From: an uncultured Candidatus Binatia bacterium
GTDB taxonomy: Bacteria; Desulfobacterota; Binatia; Bin18
NCBI GenBank assembly: GCA_965214605.1
Contig: OZ243961.1
Location: 3,008,001 to 3,072,000, forward strand
Reading direction: 5' to 3'
Length of the DNA: 64,000 nt
Shown here: positions 49,730-60,775 of the stretch, one piece after another
Numbering within the stretch: position 1 is the stretch's first letter
How the letters are laid out: each line of letters starts with the position of its first letter
Translations under genes and position numbers: made by a program
Notes under the pieces: generated by a model
Databases searched by the model: none
What the model was told of the DNA's origin: nothing
Seen by the model: only the letters and a program-made list of their open reading frames with translations

Positions 49730-51340
49730 AGAGGGAGTCTGTTGAACAGGCGCCGTAAGTCGTTGATTGAAGGCCGCCTCCTCGCTGTTCCCGAACATCC
49801 CTGACCGTATAACTGTATGGAGCCAGGCAATGCAAGTGGACTTTTCCATTCTTTGCATTTCAGCGGCGTCCCGACAAGGGGGGCGCGACCAAAGACATCG
49901 TCCGAGGCCGTGAAACCGGTCTTGGACATCCTTGTGATGTAACGGCCGGGCAAGACCGGCGTTTCAACAGTGCCTCAACACTGGGCCGAGGGAAAGGGGG
50001 CCATGAACACCGGCGATCTCGGCATCTCCAGGCGGCCCCACTCTGCGGTCGCCTTCCCGCATCCCAAAGACTCCCTTTCGATTATGAAGAGAGTAGAGAT
50101 GCTGCTCCAGGGGGCGAAAGAAGAGGAGAGAGCATGAAGAACCTGGACTAAAGATGCCTTTCCGCGCCGTGCAGACCAATGGGGTGGCGAACGGGCTATA
50201 ACGTTTGCCGTAACGCTCTCTCGCCCTGTGGTACGTACTGTGGAGTATCCGCATAGACGACGGATTATGACACCGCTCTTGCGTTTACTAGGAAGCTGAC
50301 TGCCGACCTGAATTTCTACACCAATGGCGCCAGTACGCTGACCCCTGGTGCCCTCAAGTGACACAGCGGTTTCGGCTGCAGCCCCTCGGCTCGGAAATAA
50401 CCCCAGCTCAGTATTTCATCGGTGCCTACGACGGCCGGAGCCGTCCCTCTCTCCCCTCTGTCCATCAACAACAACGGCTTTATCCCCCTCGGGTTGTTCG
50501 GCTCCGTAGCAGCGGACATGCTCCCCAAGGTAGGAGTGTCCAAAGTCAGCGCGACCGCGGCAGCGTAAGAGCGGAGGCGTTGACAGGGTAAAACGAAAAT
50601 AGCGGCACCCCTGTCCCTGCCGCAACGGGTCCCTTTGGAAGCAACAGCAATGCGGGTGGGCGAGAACGGGAGCAGCACGATCACCGCCCTGTTCGCCGTC
50701 GACCCCAATGAGCAGGACGCCGTCACCGCCCTCCCGCGCCCTGCTCACGGCTAGCGCCGCCCGGAACGTACCGGGCGACCCTAGCGACACGTCCGGGGAC
50801 ATCGCTCTAGCACGAGGCCATGCTGCCGCTGCGGCGGAGAGCATGGAAGAGCGTCTGCGAAGTCTCTTGCTGAAGGCTTTCGCAGCGTGGTGAGGCTCTC
50901 TGACATTGCAGCGGGTTTGCGCCACAAACGTTGGAAACTGCTCAAGCTGACCCCAGTTTGGGGTCGGAAGGGCCCGGCTTTGACGGGTGGGGATGAGGGA
51001 CTGAGATCAGCGTTGCGGTATTGGCAACATATCGAAATGGTGTTAAAGCTGGCGCAACACAAGGGAGAGTAGTTTTTGAGCAAAAACAAGGACAAGAAGA
51101 ACAGGAGGCGGCTTTCGCTAATCTTGGACAAGGCCGACTTGCCGCGTCTCTGGACCTGTCCGCGGCATGGGTGATCCGGCGAACGGTGTCTGAGTTCGTC
51201 GTTCACGACCACCTATGGAATTGAGCTGACTCTCTCGCTCCGGCCGTTCGGCTCCGATACCACACAGGAGCGGAATAAAGAAGCCGGAGCGCAGGTGTGG
51301 TTGATAGACGCAGTTGAAATTCAGGGGAGTAGGGCGAACC

Positions 51341-53176
51341 GTGGCACATACAAACGGCCTCATCTCATTTCTGCGCCACTACGGCCCCATCCCGACTAGC
51401 GACAACATGTATGACGAACTCATACAGACAGAGATTGAGCGACATCAGATCAATCCGGCAATCCATATCCCGCCCGTGCTGCTGAAAGACGTCCGCGCCA
51501 ATTTCGAATCCGCAGCACCCAAAAACGTCATCCTTACCGGCACGGCTGGCGACGGCAAAACGTACTACTGCCGCCGCATCTGGGAATATTGCGGGGGCGA
51601 TCCGGAAGCCTGGAAGGCAGGCGAAAAGATTGTCTCGCTCACCCTTGTCAAGTCCGGCAAAAGGCTGACCATCGTCAAAGACTTGAGTGAATTGACGCAG
51701 GCGGAGAAAAGCGATCTTCTCTCAGATCTCGCCAAAGCTGTGGAGGGCAAGAGTTCGGCCGACGTGTTCCTCGTTGCCGCGAACGACGGTCAGCTCCTTG
51801 CCACATGGCGGGACTGGTCGGATTCGCAGGACGAGAATGCGCACCGCGTGTTTAAGATTGTCGAAGACTTACTTGTGGGAGGCCGCACGACGGATGATGC
51901 CCTTGATTTATATCTGTACAACCTGAGCCGTCTTGATGCTTCGACCCACTTTGAGGAATTGATCGAACAAATCGTGGAACATCCCCAATGGTCTCAGTGC
52001 CAGGGCTGTGAACTGCTCAAGGCGAATGGCGCGCCCACCTGTCCCATCCGGATCAATCGCGAGCGCTTGCGCCTTCACACCGACGGATCGGTGTTTCGGC
52101 AGCGTCTCAGCGCCTTGATGAAACTGGCCCGGGCCAACAGGATGCATCTGCCAATCCGCGACCTCTTCCTGCTCTGCGTCAACATCCTGCTCGGCGACCG
52201 CCACGGACGCCAAATTCTTCTGACCTGCCGGACTGCAAAGAATCGCGTAGATAACAAGGAGTACCGTCTGACCAATCCCTACGCAAACGTATTCGGGATG
52301 AACCTGCCCGAGCGACAACGCCAGCAATATCAGGTATTCACGACGCTGGAGACGTTTGGAATCGGCCGCGAGACGGATAACCAATTCGACAACCTCCTGA
52401 TCTACGGGGCCCACGACCATTCCGATCTCTACCGGCGGCATGTGACCATGGATACCTATTACGGCGCAACGGCCTACGAACTGTATCTGCGCGATTATCT
52501 TGAAGGCGAACGGGAGAACATTGCTGAGTTCATGCGTTCCCTTTCCCGGCAGCGCCAGCGGCTGTTCTTTTCGCTGTCTTCAGACCACACACTTGATCCT
52601 TGGCGACTCACCGTCTACAAGGCATCCGGGCGGTTTCTGGAATTTCTCTCCGGTCTGGCCAGCGGAGCCGACATCTCGCGCACGACCGAGTTGCTCGTGC
52701 GCGGTCTCAACCGAACATTTTGCGGGATGATGATCGATGACGGCACGACACTCTATTTGGCCTCCTCAGGCGGTGACGGGCAGGGACGGATTGCTACGCT
52801 CCTCAACTACGATCTCCCAACCACACGGAATCGCCGCTATCCTTACCTCCGTTTTTCACTGACGCCGGATCGGGCCGCGCCGTGGTTGGAAATCGTTGAT
52901 CCGCACGGCGCAAACGACGATATCGTAGACCGTCTCACGCTCCAACTGACACATTTTGAGTACCTGGTGCGCGTGGCCAGCGGCAGCTTGCCGGGGAGTT
53001 TCTCTCGCCAATGCAACGAGGATTTTTTGGATTTCAAGCTGAGGCTGATCAAGAGACTCGATAAGTTGATCGGTGAAGAACCGTCTTCGTCGGACGAGAT
53101 CAATCTGCAGGCTTTGAGCGTCGATGAGAATGGAAGGCCGCATTCCGACCCTATCCGGATAAGGCTGAGCCCATGA
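51341..53176 (+). CDS. P-loop protein, DndF/DptF-like
   Basis: GTG start after GGGGAG; ILTGTAGDGKT, VKDLSE, LVAANDGQL, CQGC...CPI.IN. Confidence 0.7.
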   Translation: MAHTNGLISFLRHYGPIPTSDNMYDELIQTEIERHQINPAIHIPPVLLKDVRANFESAAPKNVILTGTAGDGKTYYCRRIWEYCGGDPEAWKAGEKIVSLTLVKSGKRLTIVKDLSELTQAEKSDLLSDLAKAVEGKSSADVFLVAANDGQLLATWRDWSDSQDENAHRVFKIVEDLLVGGRTTDDALDLYLYNLSRLDASTHFEELIEQIVEHPQWSQCQGCELLKANGAPTCPIRINRERLRLHTDGSVFRQRLSALMKLARANRMHLPIRDLFLLCVNILLGDRHGRQILLTCRTAKNRVDNKEYRLTNPYANVFGMNLPERQRQQYQVFTTLETFGIGRETDNQFDNLLIYGAHDHSDLYRRHVTMDTYYGATAYELYLRDYLEGERENIAEFMRSLSRQRQRLFFSLSSDHTLDPWRLTVYKASGRFLEFLSGLASGADISRTTELLVRGLNRTFCGMMIDDGTTLYLASSGGDGQGRIATLLNYDLPTTRNRRYPYLRFSLTPDRAAPWLEIVDPHGANDDIVDRLTLQLTHFEYLVRVASGSLPGSFSRQCNEDFLDFKLRLIKRLDKLIGEEPSSSDEINLQALSVDENGRPHSDPIRIRLSP

Positions 53177-54699
53177 ATCAACGTCTCAAAGCGCCGGCCA
53201 AATACGATGTAAACATCTGGGTGGACGAGGCGATCTGGGGACATCGTCTCTACAACGACCAGACTCCCTGGCTGGTCTTTCTGGAGTTTCTGGCCATCTT
53301 CCGATCGCGAAACCAAGAAGGTACGGCACTCAATGAAAACGGCCGGAATGGTGCGCACGAGTCCTTTACATACAACATTCCCCGATTAATCCCGCTGCGT
53401 CAGCTCATTTTTAACAATCCGCACCTTCGGCATATCGAGGCGACGCACGATGCCGACTCCGAACGCTGGCACCAGTGGTTGAACAAGTTCGGGACGGACG
53501 GCGATTTTAGCTCTCTGAAGGATCGTCTGGGCTCCTTTTCCCACCTCGCGCGGGTGATTGAGTTCTTTCAGACCACGGCCGTGGAGCCCCACCGCCGGCG
53601 TCGCTGGAGTTCAAAGTTTCTTTTTCCTTACGGCCCGGACTGTCTCTATGCCGATCTCCCAGCGAATATCAACGGGAGTCCTGACCGGCGGTTCTTTGCG
53701 CGCGGCGGCGAGTTGCTGTACCTCATGCTGAGCCGCAGTGGTGCGAGGGCGGAGGTCGCCCAGACGATCTCCGACAGACTGCTGCGCACGAATGAACAAT
53801 GGAACCGTGTCGTTTCCGCTCTGCTGCCGAAAGGTCTTGGCGCAGACTCAAATCTTGTGTCTAGCACGATCGGCTATCTCCCTTTTGCCAAGCGAGCTGA
53901 GTACGAGTCACTGGCGGATACATGGCGTCGCCTGCTGCGGCTTGACGTGCCCGCAGAGACGCTGCTCGATCCACTCGTGCGGCTCTCGGCTTTGCACATG
54001 CTGCTCTACATGCTACGCCGCGCGCTCGAAGAAATCGGCGAACCAAACGAGCCGAAATTCGTTCTTGAAGTTTCCTCCCCCAGAAAAACTACGCTCTTTG
54101 ATCTGTCAGCCGAAAACCTCCGAGCCAACAGAATGCTATCCACTCGTGCGGTACGTGCCCACGTTGAGTCGGCAAGAGACACCAAAGCGTGGCAAAAAGC
54201 TCTCGCCGCGCGTGCGCCCGGCGACCTCGTACGGAAATACTTGACCAAGCAGTTCCAATGGAACCCGGATGACAGCCCCCCGTCCGGCGATCCGGAGAGG
54301 ATCTTTCAGACCCTCCGCTCCTACGCGGAGAAGCGCCATCAACAACACGTGGCGAAAGTCCACCTCGAATGGGCGCGGCAGCTCGGGCTCGCCGTATCGC
54401 GCCGGGGTACGGGAACGTGGTATGCGCCGGATGACTCGCTGCTGAAAGCGCTTGTCATGTGCGTGGTCGACGAAGGTCGGGAGGAGTATCATCGGTTTCT
54501 CGCCAAACTCTATGACCATTTCCGGCTCGTGATTGGCGCAAGTGAGGCAGAACGCGCCTTTGGCAGCTTGCCGACCGATCAAAACGCCTTTATGCAGAAC
54601 TCGCAACGCCTCGAGCAGCGTCTGCGGACGCTCGGTCTGCTGCACCGCCTCTCCGATGATTGCGCCTATGTTGAAAATCCGTTTAGGAGCCGGGTATGA
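53173..54699 (+). CDS. DndG/DptG-like protein
   Basis: ATGA-coupled to both neighbours; C-terminal LGLLHRLSDDCAYV resembles the DptG end motif. Confidence 0.6.
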   Translation: MNQRLKAPAKYDVNIWVDEAIWGHRLYNDQTPWLVFLEFLAIFRSRNQEGTALNENGRNGAHESFTYNIPRLIPLRQLIFNNPHLRHIEATHDADSERWHQWLNKFGTDGDFSSLKDRLGSFSHLARVIEFFQTTAVEPHRRRRWSSKFLFPYGPDCLYADLPANINGSPDRRFFARGGELLYLMLSRSGARAEVAQTISDRLLRTNEQWNRVVSALLPKGLGADSNLVSSTIGYLPFAKRAEYESLADTWRRLLRLDVPAETLLDPLVRLSALHMLLYMLRRALEEIGEPNEPKFVLEVSSPRKTTLFDLSAENLRANRMLSTRAVRAHVESARDTKAWQKALAARAPGDLVRKYLTKQFQWNPDDSPPSGDPERIFQTLRSYAEKRHQQHVAKVHLEWARQLGLAVSRRGTGTWYAPDDSLLKALVMCVVDEGREEYHRFLAKLYDHFRLVIGASEAERAFGSLPTDQNAFMQNSQRLEQRLRTLGLLHRLSDDCAYVENPFRSRV

Positions 54700-57600
54700 A
54701 GAGAAGTGAGCTGATTGCCTCGGTGGCGCTCGATTTTATCACGGCGCAAATGCAACAAGAACCGCAAGGATCGTTACGGTTCTGCATGCTCGGCCTTGAG
54801 GCGTCCCTCGTCCGTTCGATAGCAACGGCCGTTCTCAATGATCAGGAGAGCCGCGAACTTGTCTCGGTCAAGATCACAACGGTGTTTGATCCCGACGGCA
54901 CCCTGCCTGAAGACGCTCGGAGCGACCAATCCGTCACGCACTGGCGCCACTGCCGGCTTGCGGACGGCAAACGCGCCGTTCTGTTCGCCGCGTCTCAGGA
55001 GGAATTGCAACGGAACGACAAGAGTGTCGAGAAGGTTATCAAGATTGAAACCGATATGTTACGCACCCGTTACAACGCATGGCTTGATCACGCCGGCCTG
55101 ACCGTAGAGCGTCTCGACGTGGCGGGACGCGAGCAGCTGCAAACCGCCCTGCAGGCGATAGACGCCACGCATGTCGCCCGTACAATTGAGACCTTCGCCG
55201 ATTTTATCCTCGCGGTCGCCGAGAGCATTCTCATCAAAGGGCTCCCGCTCCAGAAAGCCGTCGACAACGCATTGCCCAGCCTGCGTCTACCCCGGTATTC
55301 GGGATATTTCGAGCGCATTCCAGCGAAGAAGCGAACACAAAAGGGGGAATGGAACAAGATATTCCGGCGACTGCGCACCCGAATCCGTCCCTTTCTCATT
55401 CGTGAGACCGAACGCAACGAACCGATCTCCGAAGACCAGCTTCGTGCCAATCTGGACAAGATTGCAGATCAGCTGACGGAGACCGAGCGCCGGACAGTCA
55501 AAGCGTTTCTGGAGGCGGACGTCAAACCGGATGATTGGTGCGACGCACAAAAGGCGCTGGTCGCCCTGGACTGGCGTCGAATCTCAGGCCTGTTTGAAGG
55601 CGTGACGAAAACGAGGCCTTCTCCGCTTGGCGGGGAGACCAAAAAGTTCTTCGACGACGAGTTCGGCGACCAGCTTGATGAGCAGGAGCGTGAACTCCTG
55701 GCCGGAGTGTTTCCCAAGGAACCCTCCGACGATCTCCAGGAGTTTTACGAAGAGCACAGGGAGGAGCTTGCGAAGGACAAAAAACTGTCCGGCAGGTGGG
55801 AGCGCTATATCTATCGCAACCCACAGACCTATCCGGATTTTCTCCTTGGCCTTGTCGCGACGGTCGACAGCCTACGACGGCGAACGCGGGACGATGGGCC
55901 GATCGAAAACAAGCTGGTGGTACGCATTCCGAACGCCCGCAAAAAGAGCTTTTGGCGCGGCAAGACCCCGCGTATTGCTCGCTACTTTGCGTTCCGCTAT
56001 CGGGGGCTTGGAGCGCTTCTCGGACCGGACGTTGAACTCGATTTCGGGAAGCTTGCGGATTTCTACTTTCCCGAGCCCGACGACGGTCTCGCAAAAGTCA
56101 CGTCCAGATCCAAAGAGGCGCGCTCAATCAAATTCGAGGTGCTCCTTGACCCGGACGGAGCCAAAGCCACGCTCATCTTCTACTGGGAGATGCCGGTCGA
56201 CGCGCTCGCAACCGCCCTGCCCGACGATCTCTTGAGCGTGGCAAACCTTGACCAAGCGCAGGCATTATTGCCCACCGCAGACATTGCGCGGCAGTCCGTC
56301 GGTGCTAAAGGCAGTATTCAGCGGATTGTGCTAAACGACGTCAACACGATCCGCGACGTCACGAACACCAACAACGGCAAGCTGGTTGCGCCCAATGAGG
56401 ACAGCGGGGACCGGAGCGGAGCATTCCGCTCGGCGCTCGAGGAGTTGCTAAGTGTCCTCAATCCCCCGGACCATCGGCGTATCGGGAGCGCCTTTGAGGA
56501 TTTTGTTGGTGCGTACACCAAAGCCCTCCGCGACTGGGTTTCCGGGGACGGTGCGGGCCTTGCGTCTGAGGCCCTGACGGCGCAGGCTGAAAAATATGGA
56601 GCGGTGTTGGAATGTCTCCTGCGGGGAGCCAACAAGGACCTCGCGCGTGAACGGCTCTGGCCCGAACTCATGCGCCTTGGCATCGCAAATGTGGGCGCTG
56701 GCGTCCCGGCGGCCATCATCACCCCCTGGCATCCCCTTCGCTTAGCCGGAATCAAGGTCAAGACGGACCAGGTGGTCCGGCTAGTCCAGGACGTACTCCG
56801 TGGGAATGAGGACGATATCTTTCGCAGCGACTTGCTGTTCGCACAGATTGAGCGCGATCTCGTATCGCCCTACTACCCGGAAGTGTGTATCGGATTCGAT
56901 AAGGACAAGCCTATGCTGTTGGCCGCAGCGGACTCCAGCTACGATTACACGCTGGCGGAGCCGCCGTTGCGGCAAGCGCGTCCAGATGGGGATGACGCAC
57001 TCGATGTTGAGCCCGGCGTGGCCGCAAAAAGATTTAGTGAGGTCGGCGAACAGTATCTCAAACTTTTGCCACATGAGCGCAGCAACTTTTCCGTTGTGCT
57101 ATACAACGCCGAATCCAAGGCGCTGCCGAGCGCCCTCGCATCCGAGCTCTCGAGTATGGTTGAGCAGGAAAACGAACTCCAGTGCGATTTGCTGCTGACG
57201 CATTCAGACCCGAAACGACTTCGACGCATCTACGAACAACAGAACGTCGCTGTGAGTAACGAGTCCGGGTCGTTGATGGCCAGCGAATCGGCACCAAACT
57301 TCCTGTCACGTCTTCGCGTCGGGTTTTGCGAGGCAGCGGATCTCTCCGCCGATGAGAACGGCCGGGCTACCGACCTGGTCGCTCTGCAGGATGTTGTCGC
57401 GCGCAACGCCAAGCTGGTTTGGAAGCCGGCACCGGGACACCGCCATCCCGACCTCGCGGACCACGTTCCCGCACGATGGTCGCGGCGACGACCGATAGGG
57501 CCGGCGGACACGGCGACCTCCGTCTACCTGGCCTGCCCGGCCCAGCCGCGGGTCGGCCAGCTCTATCTCAGCGCCGTGCACGGGTTCCTTGATGGTGATA

Positions 57601-60080
57601 ATGCGAGCGCCGGAGACGTGATACCAGCCCGCGAGGTGAAGTTTCGCGGCACCGACAGCGCGGACGTATTCAGCCGGACGCACCGGATGGGGGAGTGGGT
57701 TGTCAATTTCGACGAACTCGTTGACCGGCGGCTGCTCGCAAACAACGGCGTGCGGGTGGTCCGTCATATGCCTGACCGGCGGATTGAGCGCAACATTGTC
57801 GTCTCAACGACATCAAAGCCACGCTTGCTGCGGGTTCTCCTGCGTGAACGGCTGGAACGACTCGACCCGGCGATCGTGAAGGGCGATGACGTGATCGACG
57901 GATTGATCGACCAAGCCAATACCTTATCCGGGCAGGGGGTCATGCGCGCGGCGCGCTACGGACGCTACGCGAATGAACTTCTTGGCATCGTGCTTTCGAT
58001 GGAAAAAATCCGTCAAGAGCTCGGGGGAGTGGATTTTCCTCTTGGATGGTACTTTCTGGACGACTTCGCCTCGTGGTTTGGACAACGCGAAGAACAGATC
58101 GCTGACATCATGGCGCTCGCGCCGCGGGTCGAGGACGGAGAGCCCGTCCTCAGGATTGCCATCTCGGAAGCAAAATTCGTTGCCTCAAAGGGGTACCGGG
58201 CGCAGGCCAAGAAGTCTGCAAAACAGCTTCACGAAACCGTGGAGCGGATCAGGCGTGCCCTCGACCCGCTCCACAAACGAATCGACCGAGAGATCTGGCT
58301 TCATCGCCTCGGCGATTTCATGCTTGAAGGAGTGGAGCCTTTCGACTCGTCAAAGCTGAATGGCTGGGATCTGTACGGATGGTCCGATGAGGTACGGCAG
58401 AACAAGGTGCGTATTGAACTAAGCGGGTTCTCTCACGTGTTTGTACACGATGATGATGAAGCCGTGGATGCGGATGACTCGAGGCCACTCAAGGGGATGC
58501 CACATTGTTCTCAGCAGGTCTTTGACAAACAGGGTGTGACCGATGCGTGCCGTTCGTTCGCGGCCCGGCGCGCACGGCGTGGACAATCCTCAGACGACGC
58601 GGCGGGATGGGGCGATCCCCTCGTATCCTCAAGGAGCGGCGGCTCAGCAACGCCGACCACAAGGACGCGGCTGGTGGAAGGTGGCGCTCCGTCGGAACCC
58701 GCACCCGTCGTGTCCACCCATAATCCGAATCCAGCAGAGTCGGTCGCCGCCGACCGCCGTGAGATTGGAGAACAGCCTACCTCCTCGACGCTCCTATCGG
58801 CCTCGACGAACGCGCCCGCCGCAACGGAGCTCGCGAACAGTCATCAGAACGTGGCCGCGGACTATAGCGAGAAGTGGCCGTCGGGCGAACTCGCAGCCTG
58901 GGTCAATGCCGGGCGGATTTCCGAAGAAGAGGATGAGGAAGCCAAGGCGTGGCTTGATACAACCGTCAAAGCGCTGCAGCGTGCATTGCGCGGATACGAG
59001 ATGACGGCCGAGTTGGTCGGTGTCCGATTGACGCCGAACGCGGCGCTCGTGCGCTTTCGTGGGTCAGACGCTCTCACCGTGCCGAAAGTTGAGAAGCGGC
59101 GCCAGGAATTGTTGACTTCCCACGCCGTTGAGGTCATCAACGTCCTGGCCGCGCCAATGGAGGTAGTCATCATGGTCGCGCGGCCTAGTCGGACGATATT
59201 GCGCCTGCGCGATCTCTGGCGACAACGCGCTCTGCCGGTAAGCGCACCGCGGACGAATACGAGCCTGCTGCTGGGCGCTCGCGAGTCCAACGGCGAGCTG
59301 CTGTACCTCAACGTCGGGGGCAGTTTTGGCGGACAACAGCCGCACGGGCCGCATACACTCATCGCTGGCGAGACAGGGAGCGGCAAAGGCGTTCTTGTTC
59401 AGTGCCTGCTGCTTGATATCTGTGCGACCAACGCACCGTCCTCCGCACGCATTGAGATGATTGATCCAAAAGCTGGCATTGATTTTCCGTGGTTACGGCG
59501 GATGCCACATCTCAATGGGGACCTCATAACGGACCGTAAGGCGGCGATCGGTGTACTGGAAGCCCTTGTCGAGGAAATGGAACGTCGGAACAGGTTGCTC
59601 GCGGAAGTCGGGGTCACCAATCTGTCCCGCTACAATCAAAGAGTCGCACCAGCGGACCGTTTAGCGCGGATCTGGCTGTTCCACGACGAACTGGCGGACT
59701 GGATGATGAACGACGATTATCGCGACGCCGTCGAATTGAATGTAAACCGCCTGGGTGTCAAAGCGCGTGCATCCGGCATCAATCTCGTCGTTGTCACACA
59801 GCGGCCCGACAGGGATGCTCTGCCCATGCAACTCCGGGCAAATTTGGGCAATAGACTCCTCCTTAAAGTGGCCGACAAGAGGAACTCCATCCTGGTCCTT
59901 GATGAGCCGGGCGCCGAGCGGCTTCTTGGGCGCGGACACCTTGCGGCAAAGTTATCCGGCGAAGGCAAGGTCATTCTGGCCCAGGTCCCGTTTGCCAACG
60001 AAGAGGAGATCATGGAACTTGCAAAGCTTATTGAGAAGGCATGGACGGGTCAGGAGATACCCGCAGGCCAAGGCAGCTAG
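54696..60080 (+). CDS. 1794-aa protein with C-terminal FtsK/HerA ATPase, DndH/DptH-like
   Basis: PH.LIAGETGSGKG, IDPK, FHDE.AD, ARASGI.L...TQRP, GAE.LLG.G; large N-terminal region containing PWHPLR. Confidence 0.8.
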   Translation: MKRSELIASVALDFITAQMQQEPQGSLRFCMLGLEASLVRSIATAVLNDQESRELVSVKITTVFDPDGTLPEDARSDQSVTHWRHCRLADGKRAVLFAASQEELQRNDKSVEKVIKIETDMLRTRYNAWLDHAGLTVERLDVAGREQLQTALQAIDATHVARTIETFADFILAVAESILIKGLPLQKAVDNALPSLRLPRYSGYFERIPAKKRTQKGEWNKIFRRLRTRIRPFLIRETERNEPISEDQLRANLDKIADQLTETERRTVKAFLEADVKPDDWCDAQKALVALDWRRISGLFEGVTKTRPSPLGGETKKFFDDEFGDQLDEQERELLAGVFPKEPSDDLQEFYEEHREELAKDKKLSGRWERYIYRNPQTYPDFLLGLVATVDSLRRRTRDDGPIENKLVVRIPNARKKSFWRGKTPRIARYFAFRYRGLGALLGPDVELDFGKLADFYFPEPDDGLAKVTSRSKEARSIKFEVLLDPDGAKATLIFYWEMPVDALATALPDDLLSVANLDQAQALLPTADIARQSVGAKGSIQRIVLNDVNTIRDVTNTNNGKLVAPNEDSGDRSGAFRSALEELLSVLNPPDHRRIGSAFEDFVGAYTKALRDWVSGDGAGLASEALTAQAEKYGAVLECLLRGANKDLARERLWPELMRLGIANVGAGVPAAIITPWHPLRLAGIKVKTDQVVRLVQDVLRGNEDDIFRSDLLFAQIERDLVSPYYPEVCIGFDKDKPMLLAAADSSYDYTLAEPPLRQARPDGDDALDVEPGVAAKRFSEVGEQYLKLLPHERSNFSVVLYNAESKALPSALASELSSMVEQENELQCDLLLTHSDPKRLRRIYEQQNVAVSNESGSLMASESAPNFLSRLRVGFCEAADLSADENGRATDLVALQDVVARNAKLVWKPAPGHRHPDLADHVPARWSRRRPIGPADTATSVYLACPAQPRVGQLYLSAVHGFLDGDNASAGDVIPAREVKFRGTDSADVFSRTHRMGEWVVNFDELVDRRLLANNGVRVVRHMPDRRIERNIVVSTTSKPRLLRVLLRERLERLDPAIVKGDDVIDGLIDQANTLSGQGVMRAARYGRYANELLGIVLSMEKIRQELGGVDFPLGWYFLDDFASWFGQREEQIADIMALAPRVEDGEPVLRIAISEAKFVASKGYRAQAKKSAKQLHETVERIRRALDPLHKRIDREIWLHRLGDFMLEGVEPFDSSKLNGWDLYGWSDEVRQNKVRIELSGFSHVFVHDDDEAVDADDSRPLKGMPHCSQQVFDKQGVTDACRSFAARRARRGQSSDDAAGWGDPLVSSRSGGSATPTTRTRLVEGGAPSEPAPVVSTHNPNPAESVAADRREIGEQPTSSTLLSASTNAPAATELANSHQNVAADYSEKWPSGELAAWVNAGRISEEEDEEAKAWLDTTVKALQRALRGYEMTAELVGVRLTPNAALVRFRGSDALTVPKVEKRRQELLTSHAVEVINVLAAPMEVVIMVARPSRTILRLRDLWRQRALPVSAPRTNTSLLLGARESNGELLYLNVGGSFGGQQPHGPHTLIAGETGSGKGVLVQCLLLDICATNAPSSARIEMIDPKAGIDFPWLRRMPHLNGDLITDRKAAIGVLEALVEEMERRNRLLAEVGVTNLSRYNQRVAPADRLARIWLFHDELADWMMNDDYRDAVELNVNRLGVKARASGINLVVVTQRPDRDALPMQLRANLGNRLLLKVADKRNSILVLDEPGAERLLGRGHLAAKLSGEGKVILAQVPFANEEEIMELAKLIEKAWTGQEIPAGQGS

Positions 60081-60174
60081 GAGCTGTCGGCAGGCAAAAA
60101 AGGGTTTTGGCTGTCTGAAAATCTCGTCGATATGGCGAGGCTCATCGGCAAGCCGTAGCGGATTCAACACCGCC

Positions 60175-60775
60175 TTAGTGGCTTGCTAGCGGCAGATGTG
60201 GTCCGTGATAATCAATGACGATCCTTTTCTTCTCGCTAACCCAACGGAAATGAACGCGAAGGGTTTTCGTTTTGTCATCCTCGACCCCAATCTTGAGGGG
60301 CGACTCCATGAATATTGCCTTGCCTTCGTAGTCAAAAGTCCTGACTTGTCGTAGAGCCTTATCTCTAGCCACAGTTTCCGCTTCCTTCGCCGCGCACTCA
60401 TTTTTACCGAGGCACTTCTTGGTCCTGCTATTTCCATCTTTCATAAGAACGAGCTGGTACTCCGTCACCAGACGAATCCGCCTGTCCAATAGGCGACGGC
60501 TGTTTTTGAAAGGAGTTCATGTTTGTAGCGCTCTTCCGCGCTCTCTCAAGGGCCAAGCATTTGTTGCCATGTATACTCTGAACGACATTGAGGCACTCCA
60601 ACGGGGTAGGCGGAGCGCTTCGGCATGCGAGATCTCTGAGTTTGTCTATGTCGGCAGCAATGGCGCGTCCCGCGCCCGTACTAACAAGGCGGTCTTTTAG
60701 GGCCTGGATCTGATATTCCTTTTTCTTCAGTTCGGCGCTTGCATCTTCGCCCAAGGCTCTTGCTTCTGGGCTCAA
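60175..60775 (-). pseudogene. C-terminal part of a conserved island protein with a RelE-like tail, frameshifted
   Basis: RTFDYEG..IFME.PLKIG......LRVHF.W....IVI.Y.G.HL, split across two ORFs. Confidence 0.55.

Noticed and set aside
54696-60080. Housekeeping cell-division FtsK or type VII secretion EccC
   Set aside because: No N-terminal TM segments, no gamma domain, a single ATPase domain, and an island operon context.
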